A stretch of 32,000 bases of DNA from Promethearchaeota archaeon (GCA_016933055.1 JAFGBS010000009.1:360001-392000), one strand, 5' to 3'. Shown: positions 9,219 through 18,979, counted from the first letter of the stretch. Translations and numbers: made by a program. The notes: generated from the letters alone by a model not told the origin.

Positions 9219-9623
9219 CTACTTATTTTGTATTAATTTTAAGACCCTAATCGCCATGTAGGCTGCATTTTTAGCATTATCAATACCCACACATGCAACC
9301 GGGATTCCTGAAGGCATCTGTGCAATAGATAATAAAGCATCAAGTCCTCCTAATTTAGCACTTACAGGTACCCCAATTACTAATTTTTCCGTTTTTGATG
9401 CAACCACACCCGGTAAGGCGGCACTCAGACCGGCAATACAAATGAACACTTTTGCGGTGGTATCGTTAACATATTTGGTTAACTTATCGGGGTCTCGGTG
9501 AGCAGAAATGATTTGAAGATCATAAGCGATGTTGTGCTCTTCTAAGATTTGGATAGCTTTGCTGTACACATTTTCATCAGATTCACTACCAGCAATTACT
9601 GCAACGTCAATTTTTGAAGGCAT
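9219..9623 (-). CDS. purE: N5-CAIR mutase / AIR carboxylase catalytic subunit
   Basis: [52 protein letters not shown] and NAA. Confidence 0.95.
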   Translation of the reverse strand: MPSKIDVAVIAGSESDENVYSKAIQILEEHNIAYDLQIISAHRDPDKLTKYVNDTTAKVFICIAGLSAALPGVVASKTEKLVIGVPVSAKLGGLDALLSIAQMPSGIPVACVGIDNAKNAAYMAIRVLKLIQNK

Positions 9624-9660
9624 ATTATGGATTTCTTAAACACAAATAAGAAGCTTATGC

Positions 9661-10464
9661 TTACGATCGATGAGCAACTAACGAAAATTTTTCACCTAAT
9701 GACCATAAGGTTTTGAAATAGGTCATAGCATACCGAACTAGGTTAACTTCAGTAATCCAAAACACCATATTTTCCTCGCGGACGTTCAATTTAAAGAAAG
9801 AGGAGAGAAACACAAGAAGATCACTATCATCGACAATAATGCCATCAAACATAACCCGTGAATTAGTTTGAATCTTGGAAATTGTCAGCATTTTTCTCCA
9901 AATTTTTTTAGTATCTGTACTTGGATTAAAATCTCTAGGAATACTAACTTGGATTTCCACTTTTCGTGTATTAGCTTCCAATAAATGGTCAAAAAACTCT
10001 TCAATAAAACCTTCATCTGGTTTATTGAAGAAAATTTGTATTTTATTCTTAGCTCCATTCAATAGATTGGCGATTTTTAAGCTTATATCTCCTTTGAGCA
10101 TAAATATCGGAGTCGTATCTATTTCCTTTTCATTTCCGTATCGAGGTTCTAATTTATCAATAAGAGCAGATTCTATCCGTTTATATTTCTCCTCGAGTTG
10201 TTTCTTAGCAATCTTTGCCACAGACTTCGGTCGTTCGGCTTGATACATCATTGGGCGACCTTGGTGAACTTTGACCCATCCTTGACTCTCTAAATTCAAT
10301 AAAATGTCATAAATTCGGCTATAGGGTATATTAGTTTTATCTGAAATTTCCTTTGCGCTAGAAATTCCATTGATAGTTAATGCTACAAATGCTTTTGTTT
10401 CATAATCAGTCAATCCGAACTCTTTTAACGCCGCATATACCTCATGGTCGATCTTTGATAACGT
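9661..10464 (-). CDS. TrmB-family transcriptional regulator
   Basis: LKEFGLTDYETKAF...AKEISDKTNIPYSRIYDILLNLESQGWV...RPMMYQA is the TrmB wHTH, followed by a C-terminal effector-binding-type domain. The frame is open 5' of the track's TTG (10413) up to an in-frame TGA at 10471-10473, so the true start is uncertain (ACG 10464 or TTA 10461). Confidence 0.88.
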   Translation of the reverse strand, partial: TLSKIDHEVYAALKEFGLTDYETKAFVALTINGISSAKEISDKTNIPYSRIYDILLNLESQGWVKVHQGRPMMYQAERPKSVAKIAKKQLEEKYKRIESALIDKLEPRYGNEKEIDTTPIFMLKGDISLKIANLLNGAKNKIQIFFNKPDEGFIEEFFDHLLEANTRKVEIQVSIPRDFNPSTDTKKIWRKMLTISKIQTNSRVMFDGIIVDDSDLLVFLSSFFKLNVREENMVFWITEVNLVRYAMTYFKTLWSLGEKFSLVAHRS

Positions 10465-10658
10465 TCTAGTTCACCCCTTAACCTTGTATTAGCCAACGTA
10501 TTATACCCATTAAATGTTTATTATTTTACACATTTCTCTAGAGGCTTAGTTAAGGAAAAAAGAATTACTGGATAAGCCACATGACTTCTTAAAAATACGC
10601 ACAACTTTTTAATAATGGTAAAATATCAATAAATCATCAATTTTAAAGGAAAAAAAAG

Positions 10659-10862
10659 ATGCCAAGTTGTGATGATTTTAGCGTTGGGGAAATTTGGACG
10701 TGTCTGGATTGTGGTTTAGAGATTAAGATTTTAAAAACCTGTACGGCTTGTGAAGAAGGTTCTGATTCTTGTGGTTGTACCGACAAGGATAGTGATCATG
10801 AGCATGCACCACATGGGTGCGAATTTACATGCTGCAATAAGCCGTTAGTATTGAAAAAATAA
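10659..10862 (+). CDS. Small Cys/His-rich metal-binding protein, desulforedoxin-like termini
   Basis: 67 aa with 10 Cys and 3 His: GEIWTCLDCGLEIKI ... CCNKPL. ATG follows AAGGA, with a TATA-like TTTTTAATAA upstream. Confidence 0.7.
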   Translation: MPSCDDFSVGEIWTCLDCGLEIKILKTCTACEEGSDSCGCTDKDSDHEHAPHGCEFTCCNKPLVLKK

Positions 10863-10893
10863 GTTTTTTACCTATTTTTTCATTTCTTTTTTT

Positions 10894-11835
10894 ATGCAGA
10901 AACTGAAAGGCATATTTGGACCAATTCCTATTTTCCTCACGAAAGATGGTTCTATAGATTTTGATACTAATCTAAAAATCAGTAAGCAGCTCTTATTAAC
11001 CGATATTGATGGACTCTTTATTTTAGGAACGACTGGGGAATTCCCGTATTTTTCTATGGAAGAAAAAAAACGGTATATAGATATGTTTTGTGAAAATTTC
11101 TCTCAATTCAAACCAATAGTATGCTGTGTGTCCCATTGGTCCCAAAAGAAGGCGATCGAACTTACCGAATACGCATTAAAAAATGGATTCAAATATATTT
11201 CAGCCCTCCTTCCGCAATATTTTCCCGTCTCGGAAATAAATATTCTTGAATATTATCGATCGATAAGAAAGAAAATTGATGATTACGATTCTTCAGTAGC
11301 TTTTATTTTCTACCATATTCCTGTAATCCAGTCTGCAGTTAGTGTAAAACCGGGAGTCATCATACAACTTGCTAATGAAGGTGTGATTCAAGGAGTAAAA
11401 AATTCAACTCCTGATCTAGACCATTCAAGAAAAATTATTGAAAATACTGGAAAGGAATTCTCATTTCTATGCGGAACAGAAACCCTCCTCTTGGAGGGAT
11501 TTAGAGATGGGGCTATTAACACTCAATTCGATGGAGGAATATTTTCTGGAGCAAATGCATTGCCCTTAACCTACAAAAAGTTGTTTGAAGCAACCAAAAT
11601 TGCAGATAGGGATAATTTTGCTCGATTGTGGCCATTAGTAGATGAATTCATTGCAATATTTGATCATGGGTTAACCTATTTACCTCAAATTACTAAATAT
11701 GCAATGAAAAAAGCAGGATACGTCGTTTCAAATGAAATTAACAAACCTCTTGGAGTAATTGACAAGAAGATAAAAAAACAAATTAGTGAAGTCATCCATA
11801 AGATTCAAATCTATTGGGGAACGAACCAGATTTAA
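10894..11835 (+). CDS. DapA/NanA-family class I aldolase (dihydrodipicolinate synthase family)
   Basis: LGTTGEF, FYHIP and Schiff-base lysine GVKNS. Substrate cannot be assigned. Confidence 0.85.
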   Translation: MQKLKGIFGPIPIFLTKDGSIDFDTNLKISKQLLLTDIDGLFILGTTGEFPYFSMEEKKRYIDMFCENFSQFKPIVCCVSHWSQKKAIELTEYALKNGFKYISALLPQYFPVSEINILEYYRSIRKKIDDYDSSVAFIFYHIPVIQSAVSVKPGVIIQLANEGVIQGVKNSTPDLDHSRKIIENTGKEFSFLCGTETLLLEGFRDGAINTQFDGGIFSGANALPLTYKKLFEATKIADRDNFARLWPLVDEFIAIFDHGLTYLPQITKYAMKKAGYVVSNEINKPLGVIDKKIKKQISEVIHKIQIYWGTNQI

Positions 11836-12575
11836 GCAAGTGGTTTTGGCGTTAAGTCTTCATCCCCTAATTCGATCATCAATGAAAGCACTGTAAACTG
11901 CATCGTCAGCATTTCTTTACATTCAATCTCTAATTCCATAAATTCTTCAGTAGTGGTATTGATTCCATATTTTACGGCTAAATCACGTAGTATAGCAGAG
12001 AGTTGGGTGAGTAAGAAATCTTGTTTGGATAAATCTAATTTCTGATTCTTTATCCATCTGTCAATCTCATTTTTAAGATAAATCTCAGTGCTGGTCATGG
12101 GGCTATAAACAACTTCAATTTCAGCAAGCTTTCCACGATCCAATAAATATTCCTTTGATTTTAATACGGGTTCAACCAATAAACAGAGATTAAGAATTTT
12201 CGGTCCAGGTGCTAGGGTATCAAAACTAATCCCAAAAATGTTCAAAATTTCATCTTTTCGCTCTATTTTAGAATAATCTAAATATAACTCAAGAAGATTC
12301 ACAAAAGTGGTTTTTACTAATACATCAGGTATATTATCTACAAGATCGCAGATTTCATAAGAAATTGTAATTATTTCAAAGATTCGCTTCTGAAATTCGG
12401 CATCCCGTAAATAAGTACTGAAGTAATTCAAGTATTTGCGGGTTTCCTCTATAATGAATGGGATTTTAAAGGACGGATATACATTAAGAAGGGATAAAAA
12501 ATCCTCAGAATCAACGGGATTCCCCAATAAATACACAATTTCTTCAATTGTGTTTTTTGATAAGTTCTCCGTCAT
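11832..12575 (-). CDS. Hypothetical, largely alpha-helical protein
   Basis: About 247-250 aa open frame that fills the gap between convergent neighbours. ATG 12575 follows AAGGT (track start TTG 12584). No motif recognised. Confidence 0.7.
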   Translation of the reverse strand: MTENLSKNTIEEIVYLLGNPVDSEDFLSLLNVYPSFKIPFIIEETRKYLNYFSTYLRDAEFQKRIFEIITISYEICDLVDNIPDVLVKTTFVNLLELYLDYSKIERKDEILNIFGISFDTLAPGPKILNLCLLVEPVLKSKEYLLDRGKLAEIEVVYSPMTSTEIYLKNEIDRWIKNQKLDLSKQDFLLTQLSAILRDLAVKYGINTTTEEFMELEIECKEMLTMQFTVLSLMIELGDEDLTPKPLA

Positions 12576-12621
12576 TACCTTCAAATCCTATTTGTGTATT
12601 ATATTATATTTATTTTTCGAA

Positions 12622-13749
12622 CTAGTGATTAAGTTTTAATCCTAGCAATATTCTCAAAGCTAACCCAAATATTTTGCGTTTTGGCATTTTTTTTGATAGA
12701 ATCCTTAAATATAAACCCGTTGTAGTTTTTGGTGGGATATCCAATTCTGACTTGAATGTTAACCGTATGGCACTTTTTGGACATGTTGAAACACACAATC
12801 CGCATCCAATACATCGATCCCAATCTATAACCGCTTTATGATTAATAATCATTATAGCATCCATATTGCAGCGATTAATACAAACTTCACACCCAATACA
12901 TAGATCAGTATCCACTTCTGAATAGTAATTAGATTCAAAATATTGGGCGGGATTTCTTAAATGCTTAGCTTCGCTTAAAACTCCACAACAACAACCACAA
13001 CATAGGCAAAGGAATGCGGGTTTTTGACTGTTCGAAGGTTGCAGTACTAAACCCACTTTTTCAGCCTTTTCCAAAATTTCTAGTGCTTCATCTTTCGTCA
13101 AATGTCTTTTGTTACCATGCCAAGTTGCAGGTTTGCCGTCATATGCAAATGTTAAACACCATTCACGTAAATCAGTTTTCTTACAAGGACGTTCAAGTAG
13201 ATCACATGATTGCCTACAGATACAATTTCCCACCAAAATATCTGTTGTTTGATTAATAATATCTCTGATGTTATCATATGTAGTTACTGGGGAGGCATGA
13301 GTGAATGATTTTTCCACAGGTATCGTCCGTAATTGAAGTTCGGTATCTTTGCGGAAGAATTCATCTCGAAAACCCGCTTGCATATATTCTAACATTAAAT
13401 TAGAAAGTTCCAGATCCACATTATCAACTTTATATTCATATAATCCCACAACAAGCATGTCTGCTCGATATTTCGTATTTCTCTTATTTTCTGTTCTTGT
13501 AATCGTTCTTTTTTCTACCATCCCATCTAGTATGTATTTTAGGTGAGTTTTTGAGTAACCGAGGTGTTTTACTCTTCTATAAATTTGCTTTAGGGATTGA
13601 GGTATGATAGTAAGGTGAAGTAAGATTTGCGCCTCTCGTTCAGTAAAGAAATATTGTAAAAGCCGTATTTCTACACCAGTTTCAGTCGCGGGAAATCCTA
13701 TTGGTAAATTATCCAAATGTTTTTGTAGTTTCTGGTAAACTGAAGCCAT
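12622..13749 (-). CDS. 4Fe-4S dicluster-domain iron-sulfur protein
   Basis: Two ferredoxin motifs (CIGCEVCINRC and CIGCGLCVSTCP), plus CICRQSC and CLCCGCCCG clusters and an N-terminal helical extension. Confidence 0.85.
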   Translation of the reverse strand: MASVYQKLQKHLDNLPIGFPATETGVEIRLLQYFFTEREAQILLHLTIIPQSLKQIYRRVKHLGYSKTHLKYILDGMVEKRTITRTENKRNTKYRADMLVVGLYEYKVDNVDLELSNLMLEYMQAGFRDEFFRKDTELQLRTIPVEKSFTHASPVTTYDNIRDIINQTTDILVGNCICRQSCDLLERPCKKTDLREWCLTFAYDGKPATWHGNKRHLTKDEALEILEKAEKVGLVLQPSNSQKPAFLCLCCGCCCGVLSEAKHLRNPAQYFESNYYSEVDTDLCIGCEVCINRCNMDAIMIINHKAVIDWDRCIGCGLCVSTCPKSAIRLTFKSELDIPPKTTTGLYLRILSKKMPKRKIFGLALRILLGLKLNH

Positions 13750-14009
13750 CGAATCTAATTACGTTACAAACTAATTAAATGAATGCTTAAGAACTCTTTA
13801 AATAATTAAGATCCTATTGGCAAAAAACGAGGATCAGCAAAATATTGTAGAGTTAATTGTAATTTGGAAAATGTTCCACCCAACTTATGACATGAAGATA
13901 ATTAGATTTGTAGCATGAAACAAATAGTGTGCAACAAAATTATTTAGCATTCCAATAAATCTAGGATAATAGAGTCTTTATTTTAATTTATTAGAAAGGA
14001 ATTGAAAAA

Positions 14010-14399
14010 ATGCCAACATTTCTGGAATTTTGGATAATTGATCGTAATGGTATTACTCTTTACCATCAAAAACGAAATAAAAATGTCGAAAGCATAAATA
14101 AGAATCTTTTCAGTGGATTTGTTTCGGCATTTCATGATATTATTAATGTGAGTTCTCAAGAGAATGTCGAATCCATTAAGTTCAAGAATTCCAAATTAAT
14201 TATGATTCCTACTAATGTCTATGAGCGATTACTCTTTATCGCTCGTACGGATCAAAAAGAAAAAGACAAGAATGTTCGTAAGGAGCTAAATAAACTATCA
14301 AAAATCTTTCTTAATGAATTCAACGAGGAATTGAAGAAATGGGTGGGTGATATGGATACATTTGAAACTTTTGGAAAATATCTTATACCTTATTGGTAA
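14010..14399 (+). CDS. Longin-like domain protein (Asgard-type)
   Basis: FWIIDRNGITLY (beta-beta), LFSGFVSAF helix, IKFKNSKLI, LLFIART and LSKIFLNEF...W.GD...F..F, the pattern of Asgard longin domains. Confidence 0.75.
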   Translation: MPTFLEFWIIDRNGITLYHQKRNKNVESINKNLFSGFVSAFHDIINVSSQENVESIKFKNSKLIMIPTNVYERLLFIARTDQKEKDKNVRKELNKLSKIFLNEFNEELKKWVGDMDTFETFGKYLIPYW

Positions 14400-14477
14400 T
14401 TGAGCAAAATGTTTTCTACTTATTTTTATTAGAGGAATGTTTAGAAAGATTATAATTCTTTAATATTTGGTATATAA

Positions 14478-15278
14478 ATGCCAACCATTAAGATTGGATG
14501 TGCTGGGTGGGTTTATGAAGATTGGATTGGACCTTTTTATCCAGATTACGTATCCAAAGAGAGATTTTTAACATATTATGCAAAACACTTTGACATTGTA
14601 GAGATCAACTCTTCACATTACAATATTCCCAAAGAGAAAACCATTAAAAAATGGAGAGAATCCGTACCACATGATTTTCGTTTCTGTATCAAATTCTGGA
14701 ATCAAATCACTCACATCAGCGATCATCGGATAGGTATTCAAAATCTCCATATTTTCTTGAATGCATTTCAACCCCTAATCGAAAAAATTGCATATTATCT
14801 GATTCAATTTCCGCCAAGTTTCCGTTATGATAGGGATAATTTCATTTACATTCATGAAATTCTTGACAAAATTGACCCAGATATCAAAGTTTCTGTTGAA
14901 TTAAGGCATAATACTTGGTTTGATTTGCCTAATATGAAATCGTTATTAAATGGGAAAAACCAAATTCTTGGAACAATTTATCTCAATGATATAATCCCGT
15001 ATTATCCCGAATGGCAAAAGAATTACTACATCCGGGTTATTGGAGATCGAAATCTAAAAAAATTCGATAGAGTGCAGAGAACAATTCCAGAAATATGGAA
15101 TGACTTAACTTCGTTTATCAAACAAAACCGAGAAAACACCAAAATAGATGATATATTCGTTATTTTCAATAATCACTATTCGGGTTTTTCTCCAGCCGAT
15201 TCGAATATGCTTAAGAGTTTCTTGGATTTACCAATAAAAGATTTTAAGAAAAAGGGAACTATTACCGATTTTTTTTAA
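14478..15278 (+). CDS. DUF72 (UPF0759/YecE) family protein
   Basis: IGCAGWVYEDW.G.FYP, LTYYAKHFDIVEINSSHY, LIQFPPSF, VELRHNTW and FNNHYSG. Confidence 0.9.
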   Translation: MPTIKIGCAGWVYEDWIGPFYPDYVSKERFLTYYAKHFDIVEINSSHYNIPKEKTIKKWRESVPHDFRFCIKFWNQITHISDHRIGIQNLHIFLNAFQPLIEKIAYYLIQFPPSFRYDRDNFIYIHEILDKIDPDIKVSVELRHNTWFDLPNMKSLLNGKNQILGTIYLNDIIPYYPEWQKNYYIRVIGDRNLKKFDRVQRTIPEIWNDLTSFIKQNRENTKIDDIFVIFNNHYSGFSPADSNMLKSFLDLPIKDFKKKGTITDFF

Positions 15279-16531
15279 AGATATAGACTAGAATTATGTT
15301 TTATTAAATCATATAGACTCGAATCATTAATAGGATCTGAAATATCACAGATTTTACTATTTGTGAAATACTCAAAGTCGAATTCCGTATAATCCTTACT
15401 CTTTTTATTAGAAATTGGCATCAACCGACAAGTTAAAGGTTTGTTTAAACGTGTCGATAACATGGCGACATCCATCATTAACAAACTTAATGCTCCCTCT
15501 GAAACATTCCCGGGAAGTGGTATGGTGTCTAAACCTAAGCCACACACTGTTGAATTCAATAAAAGTTGCGTTAAGTCGAATTTCCCTTCAGAATGTCGTT
15601 TTGCTATTATATAATCTTCTAATAATGGTTGCATGAACCCACTAAAGCCTATCTTAGGTCTTTTCACTTTTTCAATCGCAGATGTAATTAACCCGATAAC
15701 AAATATAGTTCCCAAATCACCGAAATGAGATAATTTTATATTTTCGAGTGCAGTTCCAATACTCTTTTCTACAATAGGATAAGGGGAGGGACTAAAATCC
15801 ATACCACCGTACTTTATCCCATGTTTAATACAAAACGGCTTTAAAATGCTGAAAGTCTCATCATATATTGCAGTAAATCGTTGAACTATGCTATCTTGTA
15901 ACCATTTTAAGTCATACTGATGCTTGGAAAATTCCTGGGTGATTTTAGCCATCTCATCTGCTGCTTCTAAAGCAATCGTAATTTTTGGATTCACTCCTTG
16001 ATGATATGCTGACGGGAAAAATGGTGTGTTTGGTGGAACATTGAATGTCGCTGCGAATTGTAAATTCTTAAAAGCGTTTATGTCTGATAGTTTTTTAATT
16101 ACCCAGGCGCATTTTTTTATTGCTTCGAGAGAAATTCCATTTCGAATGGAAGAAACTTGTATGCTAGAGAACATAACAGAATGATCCTTGAAATACTGAG
16201 GAAAATTTTCAATTATTCTTAATTGGGTGGGAGTTAATGGGTGGGTTTGATCGCATAATCCAGGAATAAACGAATAATAATCCACTAAGTTTTCTTTTAC
16301 TAAAGTATCAATATATTCGAGTTTAACTGGTATTTGCGAAAAAAAATCCCCATCAAATTCACTTTTATGCGTAAAAGGAAGCGAACAAAAACGCACCGTT
16401 TGAACATTAATTGATTTTTCTTCCAATTGTTTGCGTAAAATTGAAACAAACTCGAGATTGGTTCTTAAATGCTCTAAAGATCCTGATTTTCCATCTAAGG
16501 GAAATCCCAACGTAATTGCTCGTATTTTCAT
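15275..16531 (-). CDS. DUF711 (UPF0210) family protein
   Basis: MKIRAIT start, PFFPSAYH, DFSPSP, GFSGFMQPLLED and STVCGLGLDTIPLPG. Confidence 0.88.
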   Translation of the reverse strand: MKIRAITLGFPLDGKSGSLEHLRTNLEFVSILRKQLEEKSINVQTVRFCSLPFTHKSEFDGDFFSQIPVKLEYIDTLVKENLVDYYSFIPGLCDQTHPLTPTQLRIIENFPQYFKDHSVMFSSIQVSSIRNGISLEAIKKCAWVIKKLSDINAFKNLQFAATFNVPPNTPFFPSAYHQGVNPKITIALEAADEMAKITQEFSKHQYDLKWLQDSIVQRFTAIYDETFSILKPFCIKHGIKYGGMDFSPSPYPIVEKSIGTALENIKLSHFGDLGTIFVIGLITSAIEKVKRPKIGFSGFMQPLLEDYIIAKRHSEGKFDLTQLLLNSTVCGLGLDTIPLPGNVSEGALSLLMMDVAMLSTRLNKPLTCRLMPISNKKSKDYTEFDFEYFTNSKICDISDPINDSSLYDLIKHNSSLYL

Positions 16532-16535
16532 TATC

Positions 16536-17231
16536 TCATATCCTATAATTTTGGATTATCTGATTTCGAATGTATTTTTCTACTTTTGTGGCTGGTTGAT
16601 AGATCCCAAAATGCCCTTCACATAAGATATCAGCCTTCTTCGATAATAGAAGTTTCATAGAACTTATCCAATCATGGATATTGGAGTTAAATTCTTGCAT
16701 AAACGGCCCATGAATATCCTGTCCAAAAAGGACTTTTTTGCCCTCATCTTGTATGAGTACGGCAATGGAACCTGGTGTATGACCGGGTGTATGAATAAAG
16801 TTGAACATTGTACCACCAATCACCATATTTTCTTCGATTTTTTTTACTGCTACATCAACTTTTACTGGTTTATACGTAATACCATACCAACTTGCTGCCG
16901 TTATTTTTTCGGTACCAGGACGACCTTCAATGACTTCCCGTTCCCAATCATGAGCGTAAATTCGTAGTTCAGGAAAATTTTTCTTAAAATCCGCTGCAGA
17001 TCCCGTGTGGTCGACATGTGCATGGGTAAGTACTAAACCGACCAACTGGTTAGGATCCAATCCTGTTTCCTCAATATTCCTTATCAATACTTCATATGAA
17101 TCTATCCCACAATCTATCAGAACTATTGAATCATCTTTACATTTGATGAGAAAAACCCCAGCATCTCCAGAATTACTAATATTTTCTCCACCAATCTGGT
17201 ATACATTAGTTGTTACTTGAGTATATGGCAT
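16536..17231 (-). CDS. MBL-fold metallo-hydrolase
   Basis: LIDCG, THAHVDHTG (HxHxDH), TPGHTPGS, LFGQD and LCEGH. Confidence 0.92.
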   Translation of the reverse strand: MPYTQVTTNVYQIGGENISNSGDAGVFLIKCKDDSIVLIDCGIDSYEVLIRNIEETGLDPNQLVGLVLTHAHVDHTGSAADFKKNFPELRIYAHDWEREVIEGRPGTEKITAASWYGITYKPVKVDVAVKKIEENMVIGGTMFNFIHTPGHTPGSIAVLIQDEGKKVLFGQDIHGPFMQEFNSNIHDWISSMKLLLSKKADILCEGHFGIYQPATKVEKYIRNQIIQNYRI

Positions 17232-17296
17232 TCTTCACTCTTTGAATATGTATTATCGAAATATTATATTGATTTGGTTAATTGAAAGCTATAGAG

Positions 17297-18130
17297 ATGT
17301 TTGATTATCATATTCACACTAAGTATTGTAATCACGCTGTTGGAACGATGGAAGAATATGTACAAGCTGCCATTGATAAAAACCTAAGCGAGATGGGTTT
17401 TGCTTGTCATATGCCATTTGAATTAATGCCCTCGGAAGTACCTCGAGAGGAATATGCCATGTCCTTACATACTTTGAATTCCACATATTTTCCAGAAATT
17501 GAGCGTTTGCAGCAAAAATATAAGCATCAAATCACAATCAAAACAGGTTTAGAGATAGATTATTGTCAATGGATTCAGCAACCTATCGACGAGTTCATTG
17601 ATAAATATTCACACCGGTTGGATTACATATTGGGTAGTGTTCATATTCTCAAGTCGAATGATATCGTGTGGGGTATAGACGATCATCGGTTTTCCCATAT
17701 TTTTAATGAAATCGGAGTGGATGTGGTATATCAACAATATATCAATGCATTGGAAAATCTGGTTAAATCGGGTAAATATACTATTTTAGCTCATCTGGAT
17801 TTACCAAAGAAGTATGGATTTCACCCTACTAATAGAACATGGTATCTAAATCGCATCGAACTTTTGTTGGATTTAATAAATGATAACCATATGGGAATTG
17901 AATGTTCTACAGGGGGTTTGCGAAAACATATTGGTGAGATATATCCCGAAGAACAAATCATAAAAATTGCGATACAAAAAGGAATCCCATTAATCACCTC
18001 TTCAGATGCTCACAATCCCAATGAAGTTGCGTATAATTTCCCAGAATTGTATTCCTACTTAAAAAGATTGGGACTTACTCATCTAACTTCCTATAATGCA
18101 AAGAAAAAAAGCTTAATAGAAATCAGCTGA
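17297..18130 (+). CDS. PHP-domain histidinol-phosphatase (HisJ family)
   Basis: DYHIHTKYCNHA, GLEID, DYILGSVH, LAHLDLPKK and SSDAH. ATG 17297 preferred over TTG 17282. Confidence 0.88.
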   Translation: MFDYHIHTKYCNHAVGTMEEYVQAAIDKNLSEMGFACHMPFELMPSEVPREEYAMSLHTLNSTYFPEIERLQQKYKHQITIKTGLEIDYCQWIQQPIDEFIDKYSHRLDYILGSVHILKSNDIVWGIDDHRFSHIFNEIGVDVVYQQYINALENLVKSGKYTILAHLDLPKKYGFHPTNRTWYLNRIELLLDLINDNHMGIECSTGGLRKHIGEIYPEEQIIKIAIQKGIPLITSSDAHNPNEVAYNFPELYSYLKRLGLTHLTSYNAKKKSLIEIS

Positions 18131-18136
18131 TATTTG

Positions 18137-18865
18137 ATGAAAAATCCAAAAACTGAACAAGCAGTACGATTTCTGCAGAACATGCAAAGGTACCTAAAAA
18201 AAAGCGATCAAAAGACTTTACTTGGAGAAATGCAAGAGAAAGCAAAAAAAAATAATGAGGGAGTAGATCCATTTAGAGTCCTTATTGGCACAGTACTATC
18301 TATTAGAAATAGGGATGAGAGCACCGTTATAGCCACTTCTAATTTATTTGATAAAAAGAGATTAAATACACCCCAGAAAATAGAAGATACACCCATTTCG
18401 GAGATCGAAGACTTAATTCGGAAATCGGGTATGTATAAGACAAAAGCACAACGCATTAAAGAAATCAGCCGAATTTTGATTGACAATTTTGATGGACAAG
18501 TACCTGACACCATGGAGCAATTACTTTTGCTTCCTGGAGTGGGTCCTAAGGTAGCCAATTGTGTTCTGGTCTACGCATTTAAAAAACCTGCAATTCCAGT
18601 AGATACACATGTTCATCGGATATCTAATCGAACTGGGTTAGTAACTACAAAAAACCCGGAAGACACCGAAGAAATTTTGAAGAAGATTTATCCCAAGGAT
18701 TATTGGTTAGAAGTCAATGATATATTTGTCAAATTTGGAAAATCTGTTTGTAAACCGATTGGTCCCAAGTGTAATGAGTGTCCGATCACACAAGAATGTC
18801 CTAAAATAATCATTAAAAAATCATCGAAAAAGAGTAAGGGATCCTCCCCTATTTTGAAAAAATAG
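18137..18865 (+). CDS. nth: Endonuclease III (HhH-GPD, 4Fe-4S)
   Basis: PFRVLIGTVLS, HhH LPGVGPKVANC, PVDTHVHRISNR and C-x6-C-x2-C-x5-C (CKPIGPKCNECPITQEC). Confidence 0.93.
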   Translation: MKNPKTEQAVRFLQNMQRYLKKSDQKTLLGEMQEKAKKNNEGVDPFRVLIGTVLSIRNRDESTVIATSNLFDKKRLNTPQKIEDTPISEIEDLIRKSGMYKTKAQRIKEISRILIDNFDGQVPDTMEQLLLLPGVGPKVANCVLVYAFKKPAIPVDTHVHRISNRTGLVTTKNPEDTEEILKKIYPKDYWLEVNDIFVKFGKSVCKPIGPKCNECPITQECPKIIIKKSSKKSKGSSPILKK

Positions 18866-18979
18866 TGTAAATTCATTTAGGAGATAGTCCACTAGCTTAA
18901 ACATCAGTTAAAACGAAAACTGAAAAAAATACTTTAGTGAACAGCTAACGTGCTATTCGACTACTCGGAGTTCTAGGTC

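Noticed and set aside
9875-10243. 122-aa ORF (+)
   Set aside because: Antisense shadow of the TrmB gene.
18208-18558. 116-aa ORF (-)
   Set aside because: Antisense shadow of nth.
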